DNA from: a phage
Length of the DNA: 64,000 nucleotides
Direction: 5' to 3' (one strand)
Assembly: GCA_014686905.1 (NCBI GenBank)
Contig: GCA_014686905.1_4093.1
Part shown: positions 19,906 to 28,150 of the stretch, in pieces
Numbering within the stretch: position 1 is the stretch's first letter
Layout of the letters: each line of letters begins with the position of its first letter
Position numbers and translations under genes: made by a program
The notes under the pieces: generated by a model
What the model saw: only the letters and a program-made list of their open reading frames with translations
Database searches by the model: none
Told to the model about the DNA's origin: nothing

Positions 19906-21054
19906 TCACTGCAAAAATGACATATCGACTTCGGTATAATTAAGAACGTTCTGTCCAGCAATACCTCCCATTACTACAATTGAAGCCCCACAATAATATA
20001 ACTTCGAAGTGTCAGTAAGTATAAGTGAACCAGATGGGGTGCGTACCAAATTACACGAAGTATTAAACGAAGTATATGAAGGGGTATAAGAGTACTGATT
20101 AATATTATTACCAACACCTAATTGACCAGACGAGTTGCTTCCAGATGCATAAAGTACTTCATCACCTTTAACTATATGTGACGCCATGTTACCAACACAA
20201 GTATATAAACTATAAACTCCTGAACTCAATAATGTTGGAGTTTTGTATTGTATATCTGTAGATGAAGAAGTACCACCTGTGCCAAATTCGTTCCCGTATT
20301 GTGCACCGAACTGTTTACCACATGCGTACAAATTATTATCTGATTTAATAAAAAATGTACTCTGATAACTTACATCAAAATCTATAACATCCGAAGCAAT
20401 CATCGTCACCCCAGTAATAGAAGTTTGATTACCTGTACCTAACTGATAGTAATAGTTAAAACCACAACCCCATAAAGTATTATCTTCTTTTAGGTATATG
20501 TTACCAACTGCCTTTTTAACCGAAGTTATAGTATCTACCCTTTTGAATGTGTTAAAAGAATTAATGTTTGTACCATCACCAAATGATGATAGGTTAGAGT
20601 TATTGTTAGCTCCACAACAATACAATGTACCATCGTTTGTTATCAAATTTACCTTCATATCATTAAAACTACTCATGTATTTTATATCAGAAACATTAAT
20701 ACCACCTGATGTTATCCACGTAGTACATTCCGTCCACAAAGTTTTTCTATCAGTTACACCAGTGAATGCCTTCGTGTTACCAGTGATAAAAACTTTTCCA
20801 GTACCTTTCTCTTCATACAATTGACAATCACTACTGTTATTTTCCAATAGAACTCGTTTAACATTCTCCGCACTAAGAATAAATTTACTCGACGAAACAC
20901 CTGTTCCAGTACCCCAATTCGTCGCAGAAGATGCATACAACTTATCAGTATAAGTATCATGAAGATACATGGAATCACTGGAATATATTTTAAAACGTCC
21001 ATCATCACCAGGGGCAATATTCCCGTACTTAATCATTCTAACAAAAGGTAACAT
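19906..21054 (-). CDS. RCC1-like repeat protein with N-terminal tag MLPFVRMIKYGN
   Basis: Start set to ATG at 21054; near-duplicate of 17503-18651. Confidence 0.7.
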   Translation of the reverse strand: MLPFVRMIKYGNIAPGDDGRFKIYSSDSMYLHDTYTDKLYASSATNWGTGTGVSSSKFILSAENVKRVLLENNSSDCQLYEEKGTGKVFITGNTKAFTGVTDRKTLWTECTTWITSGGINVSDIKYMSSFNDMKVNLITNDGTLYCCGANNNSNLSSFGDGTNINSFNTFKRVDTITSVKKAVGNIYLKEDNTLWGCGFNYYYQLGTGNQTSITGVTMIASDVIDFDVSYQSTFFIKSDNNLYACGKQFGAQYGNEFGTGGTSSSTDIQYKTPTLLSSGVYSLYTCVGNMASHIVKGDEVLYASGSNSSGQLGVGNNINQYSYTPSYTSFNTSCNLVRTPSGSLILTDTSKLYYCGASIVVMGGIAGQNVLNYTEVDMSFLQ

Positions 21055-21156
21055 ATTTCCCTCCTTATTCATTATATCATATTTACCCCATAAAGAAAAC
21101 CCTTGACATCCTTTCAGTACTGGTGTACTATAGAAGGAATATAAGGAGAACTACAC

Positions 21157-21384
21157 ATGACAAATACTCTTAAGCACTACCTCAATACTCTAAATGAACT
21201 AGAGTACGGGGAATTTCTCGCGGATAGTTCGTGGCTAATTGAGCTAAAAAATTATAATAGTCCAGGATGCACCCTTATGATGAACAATGCAATTGATACC
21301 CTCATTGTGAGTATTTTACACAGCAACATCTGCGGGGATAGCAATAAACAATTATCAAAAATCTTAGTACTGCTATCTATATGA
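21157..21384 (+). CDS. small protein, first gene of the family-1 array (divergent)
   Basis: SD AAGGAG upstream; TTGACA/-10-like promoter in the divergent intergenic region. Confidence 0.5.
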   Translation: MTNTLKHYLNTLNELEYGEFLADSSWLIELKNYNSPGCTLMMNNAIDTLIVSILHSNICGDSNKQLSKILVLLSI

Positions 21385-21584
21385 ACATTGAACAGTACTA
21401 CATCGATGCACTACCAACAAAAGGTCTACGAGAAAGCCTACTGTATACACAAAATACTTTTATACACTACAAACGTTGTCCTAAACTCCTGAACTCGTAC
21501 AGGAGTAATATCATAAGAAATGCTTTACAAGGGGCAGAAAGTATGCAATACTATTATATCCTTGCCCTTTTAATCGAGTACTAA
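21381..21584 (+). CDS. family-1 small paralog (C-terminal aromatic tail, LIYRY-like)
   Basis: ATGA overlap with neighbour; ends ...YYYILALLIEY. Confidence 0.5.
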   Translation: MNIEQYYIDALPTKGLRESLLYTQNTFIHYKRCPKLLNSYRSNIIRNALQGAESMQYYYILALLIEY

Positions 21585-21585
21585 T

Positions 21586-21795
21586 ATGAATACTGAACAT
21601 AAAGAATTCTACACCAAATACCTTAGCAACGAAGAACAATTGTTTCTAAGGAGTGTATCACCTGTAAGTACCAATACTCACTTCGGTAGAGATTGCTTTA
21701 ATAATTGTATACGTAGTACTCTAGAAGCAATCGAATGCAATAACAAAAATATTATGTACTCAGGTTTAATAGGACTAATCTACTTCTATGAATAA
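21586..21795 (+). CDS. family-1 small paralog
   Basis: MNTEHKEFYTKYLS... N-terminus, GLIGLIYFYE tail. Confidence 0.5.
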   Translation: MNTEHKEFYTKYLSNEEQLFLRSVSPVSTNTHFGRDCFNNCIRSTLEAIECNNKNIMYSGLIGLIYFYE

Positions 21796-21982
21796 TCATA
21801 AAGATTTCTATGGTAGTAAACTACACAAGCAAGACCAGCTATCATTCTCTTTAGCACCACCTATGAGAAAGGATAATCTATATTACAATTACGATTTCAG
21901 GATGGCGACACGTTATGCAATAGAACATCAGTTCCCTGAAACTAAGTACCGCTCTATCCTGAACCTCATCTTTAAGTTCTAA
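21788..21982 (+). CDS. family-1 small paralog
   Basis: MNNHKDFY start; tail ILNLIFKF. Confidence 0.5.
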   Translation: MNNHKDFYGSKLHKQDQLSFSLAPPMRKDNLYYNYDFRMATRYAIEHQFPETKYRSILNLIFKF

Positions 21983-22034
21983 AAGGTGCAACAGGAACCG
22001 AGTACTTTAATATAGTAAGGCTAATTACATTATA

Positions 22035-22220
22035 ATGAATCATATAAGCTACTACTACCAACAACTATCCGACAGAGACAAGTACAGTCACAACTCCCAT
22101 GTGTGGTACTACAAACGCGGCAGTATAAGAGACAAACAACATTACTTCTGTATTTCTATTAAAGAAGCACTGACAACTAAGTACACGTACCGAGCAGTAC
22201 TGAAACTTATTGAAATGTAA
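22035..22220 (+). CDS. family-1 small paralog
   Basis: Tail ...YTYRAVLKLIEM. Confidence 0.45.
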   Translation: MNHISYYYQQLSDRDKYSHNSHVWYYKRGSIRDKQHYFCISIKEALTTKYTYRAVLKLIEM

Positions 22221-22228
22221 GGAAGAAA

Positions 22229-22411
22229 ATGAACATAGAATTCTATTTAACTAAACTACAACACGCCGAAAGATTCAACTTCAATAAGTTCAATATTTTC
22301 TACAATTGCGGGAACAAAAAAGATAAACACACCTTCCTATATGTCGTCACAAGAGATGCACAAAACGAAAAGTACACATACAGAGAAGTAATGAAACTAA
22401 TCGCTATTTAA
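22229..22411 (+). CDS. family-1 small paralog
   Basis: Tail ...YTYREVMKLIAI; SD GGAAG. Confidence 0.45.
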   Translation: MNIEFYLTKLQHAERFNFNKFNIFYNCGNKKDKHTFLYVVTRDAQNEKYTYREVMKLIAI

Positions 22412-22419
22412 GGAATACT

Positions 22420-22599
22420 ATGCAACAATTCTATAGAGAACGTATAACCATAAAAGACCGTTTCATGTACGACACCTTCGTGAAGTACTACAAACTAGGA
22501 ACAAAAAGTACTAAAAATATTAATCTCAATAGCTGCATTTATGCTGTACTAACACAAGATAATCCCTACAGGGAAATCCTCGCCCTGGCATCTATATAA
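22420..22599 (+). CDS. family-1 small paralog (59 aa, below track cutoff)
   Basis: Hand-translated MQQFYRERITIKDRF...PYREILALASI; SD AAGGAA upstream. Confidence 0.4.
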   Translation: MQQFYRERITIKDRFMYDTFVKYYKLGTKSTKNINLNSCIYAVLTQDNPYREILALASI

Positions 22600-22609
22600 A
22601 GGAAACCAA

Positions 22610-23281
22610 ATGAAACTTAATGCACACAGCAAACAATACCTTAAGCACTTTAAGTACCTCAATAGTATTCAGGCAGAATCAGTTACATCTGCATATACGT
22701 ATCACCCGAATGTACTAAAGAAACGAAATAAAAAGGAAAAATCCAGTACAAATGGAGTTAACGTATCAAAGAACCTTGAATTGTACATGAAGAAAAATAA
22801 TATAGCTGTTCATTATATGAATATCTATAATACTGATTTAAAAGTATTGAGTACTAATACGAGCACAAAGGTACTAAAGAACGCATCCTTCATCATCAAT
22901 ATGCAGTTGGATAATACCCCGTGCACTTTAATGCTATACTTCGGGAATACATACTTCTTCGGGAATTGTAACACCTCCCACGATGTCAATACAGCACAAT
23001 TCCAAATGGGTGGCATATACAATATGGGTTCAAAAAAAGTACACGAGAATATGCACTTCTGGCAAGCACAACGTACAGAAGAAACTAAATCAATTGTAGA
23101 TTTCCTCAAAGAACTAGAACACAAAGAACTACAGGAAGAAGAACTATTCATGTACAGTACTGTAATCGATAATCCAGTACTCTATAAAAACGCGTACAAT
23201 CTGACAAAACATGTACAGGAAATTATCAGTACTAATAAGAAAATGCATCACCTCATTACGTATATTACAAACTATGTATAA
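22610..23281 (+). CDS. family-3-like protein (EEELFMYSTVIDNP motif) embedded in the family-1 array
   Basis: 223-aa ORF with SD AAGGAAAC; motif resembles the EEYFQxSLVxD signature of the 51.7-64 kb array. Confidence 0.55.
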   Translation: MKLNAHSKQYLKHFKYLNSIQAESVTSAYTYHPNVLKKRNKKEKSSTNGVNVSKNLELYMKKNNIAVHYMNIYNTDLKVLSTNTSTKVLKNASFIINMQLDNTPCTLMLYFGNTYFFGNCNTSHDVNTAQFQMGGIYNMGSKKVHENMHFWQAQRTEETKSIVDFLKELEHKELQEEELFMYSTVIDNPVLYKNAYNLTKHVQEIISTNKKMHHLITYITNYV

Positions 23282-23456
23282 AGAATACTACCAAGAACAT
23301 CTCCCAATGCATCTCCAACACCTTGTACCCAAAGAACCAATAGGAATAAAAGATCACGCAAAAATAATGTTCCAACAATGTACTAAGTACACGCTCATAT
23401 ACGATGATAATCCATATATGCTGTACTACGTAGTAATGCTAACATTCAGGTACTAA
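23274..23456 (+). CDS. family-1 small paralog
   Basis: Start moved to MYKEYYQEHLP; tail YYVVMLTFRY. Confidence 0.5.
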   Translation: MYKEYYQEHLPMHLQHLVPKEPIGIKDHAKIMFQQCTKYTLIYDDNPYMLYYVVMLTFRY

Positions 23457-23457
23457 T

Positions 23458-23637
23458 ATGCACAAACATAAAGAATTCTACCTCTCGTACCTTAATTCCG
23501 ATATAGTAACATCCAATACCTTCAGTACTAAAATTATCTATAATGAATTAATAAAAGAATGTATTAAAGGTGCTATTAACCCTAAAGATACGTATGACTT
23601 GTACTATGCAGTACTAACCCTTGTTTTCACGAAATAA
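23458..23637 (+). CDS. family-1 small paralog (59 aa)
   Basis: Hand-translated MHKHKEFYLSYL...LYYAVLTLVFTK. Confidence 0.45.
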   Translation: MHKHKEFYLSYLNSDIVTSNTFSTKIIYNELIKECIKGAINPKDTYDLYYAVLTLVFTK

Positions 23638-23645
23638 CACATAAT

Positions 23646-23837
23646 ATGAATAACCACAAAGAATACTACATAGAGAAACTCCCAATGTATCTCCAACACC
23701 TTGTACCAAACGTTGCATTGGGTATAGAAAAAAACTACGAAAAAGACTACTTCATTCAGTGCACTAAATCCTCGATATATATTGACGACTATAATCGAGT
23801 ACTGTATCACATCCTTTTACTAATATATAGGTACTAA
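23646..23837 (+). CDS. family-1 small paralog
   Basis: MNNHKEYYIEKLPMYLQHLVP...LLLIYRY. Confidence 0.5.
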   Translation: MNNHKEYYIEKLPMYLQHLVPNVALGIEKNYEKDYFIQCTKSSIYIDDYNRVLYHILLLIYRY

Positions 23838-23838
23838 T

Positions 23839-24021
23839 ATGCACAAAGAATACTACACACAATTTCTCCCCAGCATTTTTGAACACTACGCCAGATATAA
23901 AGTCCCTCTGGATAACGATTTGGCAGTACTGGGATTCAATAACTGCATAGAACGAAGTATAGAAAATAGTAGTAGTTATGACCAGCTATATAACACTATC
24001 CTACTTATATTCAGGTACTAA
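23839..24021 (+). CDS. family-1 small paralog
   Basis: MHKEYYTQFLP...ILLIFRY. Confidence 0.5.
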   Translation: MHKEYYTQFLPSIFEHYARYKVPLDNDLAVLGFNNCIERSIENSSSYDQLYNTILLIFRY

Positions 24022-24022
24022 C

Positions 24023-24211
24023 ATGCATAAAGAATACTACACAAAATATTTCCCAATGTACCTCAGAACTAATCTATTAGATAAACCTCGCGGTATCAAT
24101 GCACAAAATGATAAAGTGTATTTTACTATGTGCACTAAAGCATGTATACTAGATTTTGACAGCTACCATCGAGTACTGTATCATACCCTGTACCTAGCTT
24201 TCGTATTCTAA
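24023..24211 (+). CDS. family-1 small paralog
   Basis: Start moved to MHKEYYTKYFP; tail LYLAFVF. Confidence 0.5.
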   Translation: MHKEYYTKYFPMYLRTNLLDKPRGINAQNDKVYFTMCTKACILDFDSYHRVLYHTLYLAFVF

Positions 24212-24220
24212 GAGAACAAT

Positions 24221-24406
24221 ATGCATAAAGAATTCTACTTAAGCCACCTCGATCTAAACTCCCAAATGCTTATACCACAAATCCCAATAGATATCAAGGA
24301 TAAGAAAAATACCGAACAATTCATTTACCATACACAGTGTGCGATCACCCCAAATTACATTCCATATGAATTGTACTACATTCTCGCCCTAATATATAGG
24401 TACTAA
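24221..24406 (+). CDS. family-1 small paralog
   Basis: MHKEFYLSHL...ILALIYRY. Confidence 0.5.
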   Translation: MHKEFYLSHLDLNSQMLIPQIPIDIKDKKNTEQFIYHTQCAITPNYIPYELYYILALIYRY

Positions 24407-24407
24407 T

Positions 24408-24593
24408 ATGCATAGAGAATACTACACACAATTTGTTAAAGGGAACTACAAACATGCCGTACCCAGAACCCCTTTAAATTTTCATGACCCAAGTACTATA
24501 TTCTTGTTTAATGACGCAATACGTACAGTACTCAATACTAAAGATGAAGATGTGCAGTACGTATTCTTACTATTACTTATATACAGACACTAA
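24408..24593 (+). CDS. family-1 small paralog
   Basis: MHREYYTQFV...LLLLIYRH. Confidence 0.5.
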   Translation: MHREYYTQFVKGNYKHAVPRTPLNFHDPSTIFLFNDAIRTVLNTKDEDVQYVFLLLLIYRH

Positions 24594-24598
24594 CTAAT

Positions 24599-24808
24599 AT
24601 GAATAAAGAACATAAAGAATTCTACTCCAAATACATAAGCCCCTCAGAACAAATGTTTCTAAGGACTACACCACCTTTAAGTACTAATACATATTTCGGC
24701 AGAGTATGCTACAATAATTGTATTCAAATGACTTTAAACGCAAACGAAGATGATAACAGTACTAACCTGTACTCAGGTATCATAGGTATACTATTCCTGT
24801 ATGAATAA
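24599..24808 (+). CDS. family-1 small paralog
   Basis: MNKEHKEFYSKYIS...GILFLYE; near-duplicate of 21586-21795. Confidence 0.5.
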   Translation: MNKEHKEFYSKYISPSEQMFLRTTPPLSTNTYFGRVCYNNCIQMTLNANEDDNSTNLYSGIIGILFLYE

Positions 24809-24989
24809 TTACAAAGACTTCTATTTGAATACACTACCTACTGTACTTTCTCTAAGTGCTCAATGTAAAATCCCGCTGGATAATGCTTACGCCAGATATA
24901 GCTATTCCATAACTGTTAATCGATGTATAGAGAATCATTGCAGTACTAACCAGTACTATAACATAATCCTACTTATATTCAGGTACTAA
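24801..24989 (+). CDS. family-1 small paralog
   Basis: MNNYKDFY...IILLIFRY. Confidence 0.5.
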   Translation: MNNYKDFYLNTLPTVLSLSAQCKIPLDNAYARYSYSITVNRCIENHCSTNQYYNIILLIFRY

Positions 24990-24990
24990 T

Positions 24991-25173
24991 ATGAATAAAG
25001 AACATAAAGAATTCTATATACGAAAACTAACATTCGTCCCCGTAAGAATATATAAAGAATGCGACCCAAGATTATACCTATGGCACTTCAATGAGTGCAT
25101 AAAAGATTCTATATACCCTAAGAACTACAAAGAACAATTGTGCTCAGTACTAACACTAGTACTATCATATTAA
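24991..25173 (+). CDS. family-1 small paralog
   Basis: MNKEHKEFYIRKL...LTLVLSY. Confidence 0.5.
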   Translation: MNKEHKEFYIRKLTFVPVRIYKECDPRLYLWHFNECIKDSIYPKNYKEQLCSVLTLVLSY

Positions 25174-25188
25174 TTAATAGAGAATACT

Positions 25189-25380
25189 ATGTATAAAAAC
25201 TTCTATATAAGTAAACTAAAAGAAAATGAACAAGTATGGATTAGATCTATAATTCCACTGGCATTTAATAGATATGCATTTAACAGATGTACCGAGATTG
25301 CTATAGACCCTTATAATATTAAAGAGAATGTACAGTATAATCAGTACTACTATATCTTAATGCTTATATATAGGAAGTAA
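25189..25380 (+). CDS. family-1 small paralog
   Basis: MYKNFYISKL...ILMLIYRK. Confidence 0.5.
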   Translation: MYKNFYISKLKENEQVWIRSIIPLAFNRYAFNRCTEIAIDPYNIKENVQYNQYYYILMLIYRK

Positions 25381-26457
25381 TTAAACACAAGTAGACAGGG
25401 GAAGCTCCTAGTGAACAACCTTTATGTACAGGCGAATTGTTAAAATTCAGCCTGGACAAATGCGATCACTAGGATTCTCCCCAGGCTAAACCCCGTAATC
25501 ATAGGTAGTCATAAGTAATCATATATAAACATTTATATGAGCACCGTAGAATCACAGAATGATTATATATGATTCAGTACTGATTAGTATAGACAAGAAT
25601 GCTCAAGAATGCACGGGAAGGATTCAGTACTGATATGCCACTAAGTAGGCAGAGGAAGTCTGCCGTACTTTTTAGTTTCCAAGCTCCTTTTCCATTTTTC
25701 AAATTACATCAAATGTAATCAAAAGTAATCACGCAATGATTAGTACTGAATTATTACTTTCACCTTAATTTCAATTACCCCTTTACCCTTCGGGGTAAAA
25801 TTCAATTACCCCTTGAGGCTCCAGCAAAAAGTTGGTTAGTACTCCATCCTAAATCTCGATCCTAAAAATTTTGGAGTACCTATGAAATAAAAGTTGGATC
25901 TTCGAAAGTTGAAATTTACGTTGGGACGTTTATGATTTGTGGGATATAATGATGTTTGTAGTCGGGTAGTTCTCAAGAATATCAGTACTGAATAATGAAA
26001 GAAAGCTATTGACATTATGATTCAGTACTGTATAATGTTCTACATAGAGAGATGAGTTGCTGCGAACAATTCATTTACTCTATCTCCTGTCGTGAGACAG
26101 TACAGAAAAGATAGTTCCTCCTGTGGTGGTACATCTTTTTGAACCTCATATGAAAATCGTAATAACAGTACTGATATTAACAGAATGGTGTCAGTACTGA
26201 TTTTAATCTAAAGCATTATGCCACCAGCTTGTGCTGGTGGATTCCCTCTAACAGTATTCAGTACTACATGATGGTCTTCATCCTCCTAGGGTAACATAGT
26301 GAGGGCTATGATGGCAGTACTGAATACTCCCTTTCAAAAGATAGATCTATGGTATAGTACTGACGGATTTTGGGTGTAGTTACCCTGGATGGATTTTGGG
26401 CGTAGATATGTCTAGCCCTCCAGAAGTCTGGAAGTAAAGATGGCTATCCATCTAGAC

Positions 26458-26520
26458 GGCTAAACGGCTAGATGGCTGGATGGCTAGACGTTTGGACGGC
26501 TAAACGGCTAGATGGTTACA
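26458..26520. repeat. short tandem repeat unit ACGGCTAAACGGCTAGATGG (x2, with related GGCTGGATGGCTAGACG between)
   Basis: Direct reading of 26440-26545. Confidence 0.55.
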
Positions 26521-27161
26521 CGTCTGGAAGTATAGACGGCTAAATCAAAATTTTATTTTGTTTTTCCAATAGTTCCCCTACCGCGTGGGGATAGTTTCCC
26601 CGCAGTATCTGGCGTTAGATTTTTCTGAATCTGGAATCATTATCTTATAAACTGGGGGCAATGTCAACGACCTGGACGGATATTTTTAAAAATTTTTTCA
26701 GTACTGAATTTTGGGCGTAACTATGCACCCGGTGGGCTTGAGTCTTTCTCGACTTGATGGAACTATTATACAGTACTGGAAAAATAAAGCAATACCCTGG
26801 ATGAAAAAAGTTTTAATTAATTTGCTTGCCATCCTGGGCCGGACTATGGTACTATATTTCAGTACTGAGAAAGTGCGTTTACCTGCTAGGGTGCGGGAGT
26901 GTATCCTTTTTTTATATCTTGAATTTTGGACGGATCTTCCCACCCCCTGGGGTATCCGCTTTCTCGCGTCTATGTAGTAATTATACGCTTTTTCAGGATC
27001 AAGTCAATACCTAAAAACAAAATAATTGAAAATAATTTAACGCGTTTAAACGGCCCGTAACGCCCTGGAATGATTAGAATGGTGCAAATGTATAGCTTAG
27101 GTGTATTAATGCGTTAGAATGCGTCTGAGGCCGTTTTATGGGGTGTAGTAGTGATTTGGTT

Positions 27162-27252
27162 GATTCAGTACTGAATAATAGTACTCCTATATAGAAAGAT
27201 AGTTCCCCTGGATTGATTCAGTACTGAATAATAGTACTCCTATATAGAAAGA
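27162..27252. repeat. 38-bp direct repeat GATTCAGTACTGAATAATAGTACTCCTATATAGAAAGA (x2, 15-bp spacer)
   Basis: Identical copies at 27162-27199 and 27215-27252. Confidence 0.7.
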
Positions 27253-27283
27253 AAACTATTTTAAAAGTATTTGTAGAAAGTAC

Positions 27284-27311
27284 TTGCACCGTACTGATAA
27301 AAGCGTATAAT
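27284..27311 (+). promoter_or_regulatory. sigma70-like early-type promoter (TTGCAC, 16-bp spacer, TATAAT), representative of about 35 similar promoters in 27.3-45 kb
   Basis: TACTTGCA(A/C)...GCGTATAATGTTTTACATC recurs before most small genes in this region. Confidence 0.6.
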
Positions 27312-27325
27312 GTTTTACATCGAGA

Positions 27326-27342
27326 GCGGGAACACTTCCCGC
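27326..27342 (+). promoter_or_regulatory. conserved 5' leader stem-loop (GCGGGAA-CAC-TTCCCGC), representative of about 25 instances
   Basis: Stem-loop sits a few nt after the predicted start site (...TTTTACATC) and 10-20 nt before the SD; stem sequence varies between copies with compensatory changes. Confidence 0.55.
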
Positions 27343-27366
27343 TACACTTTAAGAGAGATTAATACG

Positions 27367-27729
27367 ATGGCAACTCAAATCACCAAAATTATTGCTAACC
27401 TGGTTAACTTCCGCGACGAGATGAAAGATCTTCCGGCGGCGACGGTTAAAACTCACATTGACGCATACCGCGAACTGATTAAAATGCTGCCGCTTAAGCG
27501 TGAACAATACGCCGCTACCGTGATGCTTGATGCGATGATCCATAAGATGATCGCCAGTGATTTGACGATGGTTTATCAGTATATGGGCGAAAATTTCGCG
27601 GTGTGTAGTAAGCCAGTACCAGGGATGGCAACAACTGAGGAATTGCACGGCTTAAACTTAAAACAAGATGCATGGGATAATATGCCTCGTTTCCTGGTAT
27701 GGGCTGACAGTGGCAAAATTTACAAATAA
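27367..27729 (+). CDS. hypothetical early protein
   Basis: Start moved to MATQITKI after SD AGAGAG (track ORF began inside promoter/leader). Confidence 0.6.
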   Translation: MATQITKIIANLVNFRDEMKDLPAATVKTHIDAYRELIKMLPLKREQYAATVMLDAMIHKMIASDLTMVYQYMGENFAVCSKPVPGMATTEELHGLNLKQDAWDNMPRFLVWADSGKIYK

Positions 27730-27824
27730 GTTTAATAAAGTACTTGCAAACTATGTTTAATGGCGTATAATGTTTTACATCAGGTGGGGAATAGTTCCCC
27801 ACTATATAAGAGGATTAAAAAAAA

Positions 27825-28064
27825 ATGGCTAAATCAAAAATGTTCTTAGGTCACAAAAACAAAACTCATTGGAATGTAAGCCTGTGGATTAATAACGATG
27901 AGGGATTGTATCGGTTGGCCCTGGACTTTATTGCCGCCAATACTAATCGCAATGATGCGGCCCGTCATATGATGTTATTTTTAGAACAGACTGGACAAGA
28001 TAAAACACCGGACGGATTCAAATATAGCACTACTGCGATCCGTGCGGCGATGGTTGGAATGTAA
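27825..28064 (+). CDS. hypothetical early protein
   Basis: Promoter plus leader hairpin GGTGGGGAATAGTTCCCCACT upstream; SD AGAGGA. Confidence 0.6.
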   Translation: MAKSKMFLGHKNKTHWNVSLWINNDEGLYRLALDFIAANTNRNDAARHMMLFLEQTGQDKTPDGFKYSTTAIRAAMVGM

Positions 28065-28150
28065 TAGAATTTATTTAAAGTACTATCATTTTTTTGCGAT
28101 AGTACTTTATAATAGTGTTTTATTCATACACCAACGATAAGGGCAACAGC

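Larger units (their letters stand above)
25381..27283. repeat. repeat-rich non-coding block with about 14 copies of the palindrome (A/T)TCAGTACTGA(A/T) plus several short tandem/direct repeats
   Basis: No convincing ORF; CAGTACTG palindromes often followed by TAnnnT-like boxes; GGATTTTGGGYGTAG x2; GGCTAAACGGCTAGATGG x2; TCTGGAAGT x2. Confidence 0.6.

Noticed and set aside
16245-21072. Long N-terminal extensions of array genes (for example MEVLGSTLQDIPK... at 17564, MLDRTFLIIPK... at 19961, MNKGG... prefixes)
   Set aside because: The extensions read through the conserved intergenic cassette; the conserved MLPF start sits right after the AGGAGG SD
6938-21072. Interpreting the RCC1-like array as T4-type internal proteins with a cleavable capsid-targeting sequence
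   Set aside because: Attractive because T4 internal protein genes lie next to denV, but the MLPFGRMxKYGN tag has no resemblance to the T4 capsid-targeting sequence and no L/I-x-E protease site, so it is mentioned only as one hypothesis
26698-27014. Track ORFs 26698-26943 (-), 26711-26977 (+), 26826-27014 (+)
   Set aside because: Mutually overlapping, no SD, and they span obvious repeat and promoter sequence; most likely spurious
25381-27283. Possible CRISPR array in the repeat-rich non-coding block
   Set aside because: Repeats are short (10-20 bp), irregularly spaced and of several unrelated types; no regular repeat-spacer periodicity and no cas genes nearby
25381-27283. Possible tRNA genes (T4-like phages carry tRNA clusters near this kind of region)
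   Set aside because: Found no T-arm consensus (GTTCGAATC-like) or acceptor-stem pairing by eye; a dedicated tRNA scan would be needed to be certain
27310-27366. N-terminal extensions such as MFYIESGNTSRYTL (27310) and MIYIESGNSSRLTF (33871)
   Set aside because: These are in-frame translations of the conserved TATAATGTTTTACATCGAGAGCGGGAA promoter and leader hairpin; the real starts are the downstream ATGs after the SD
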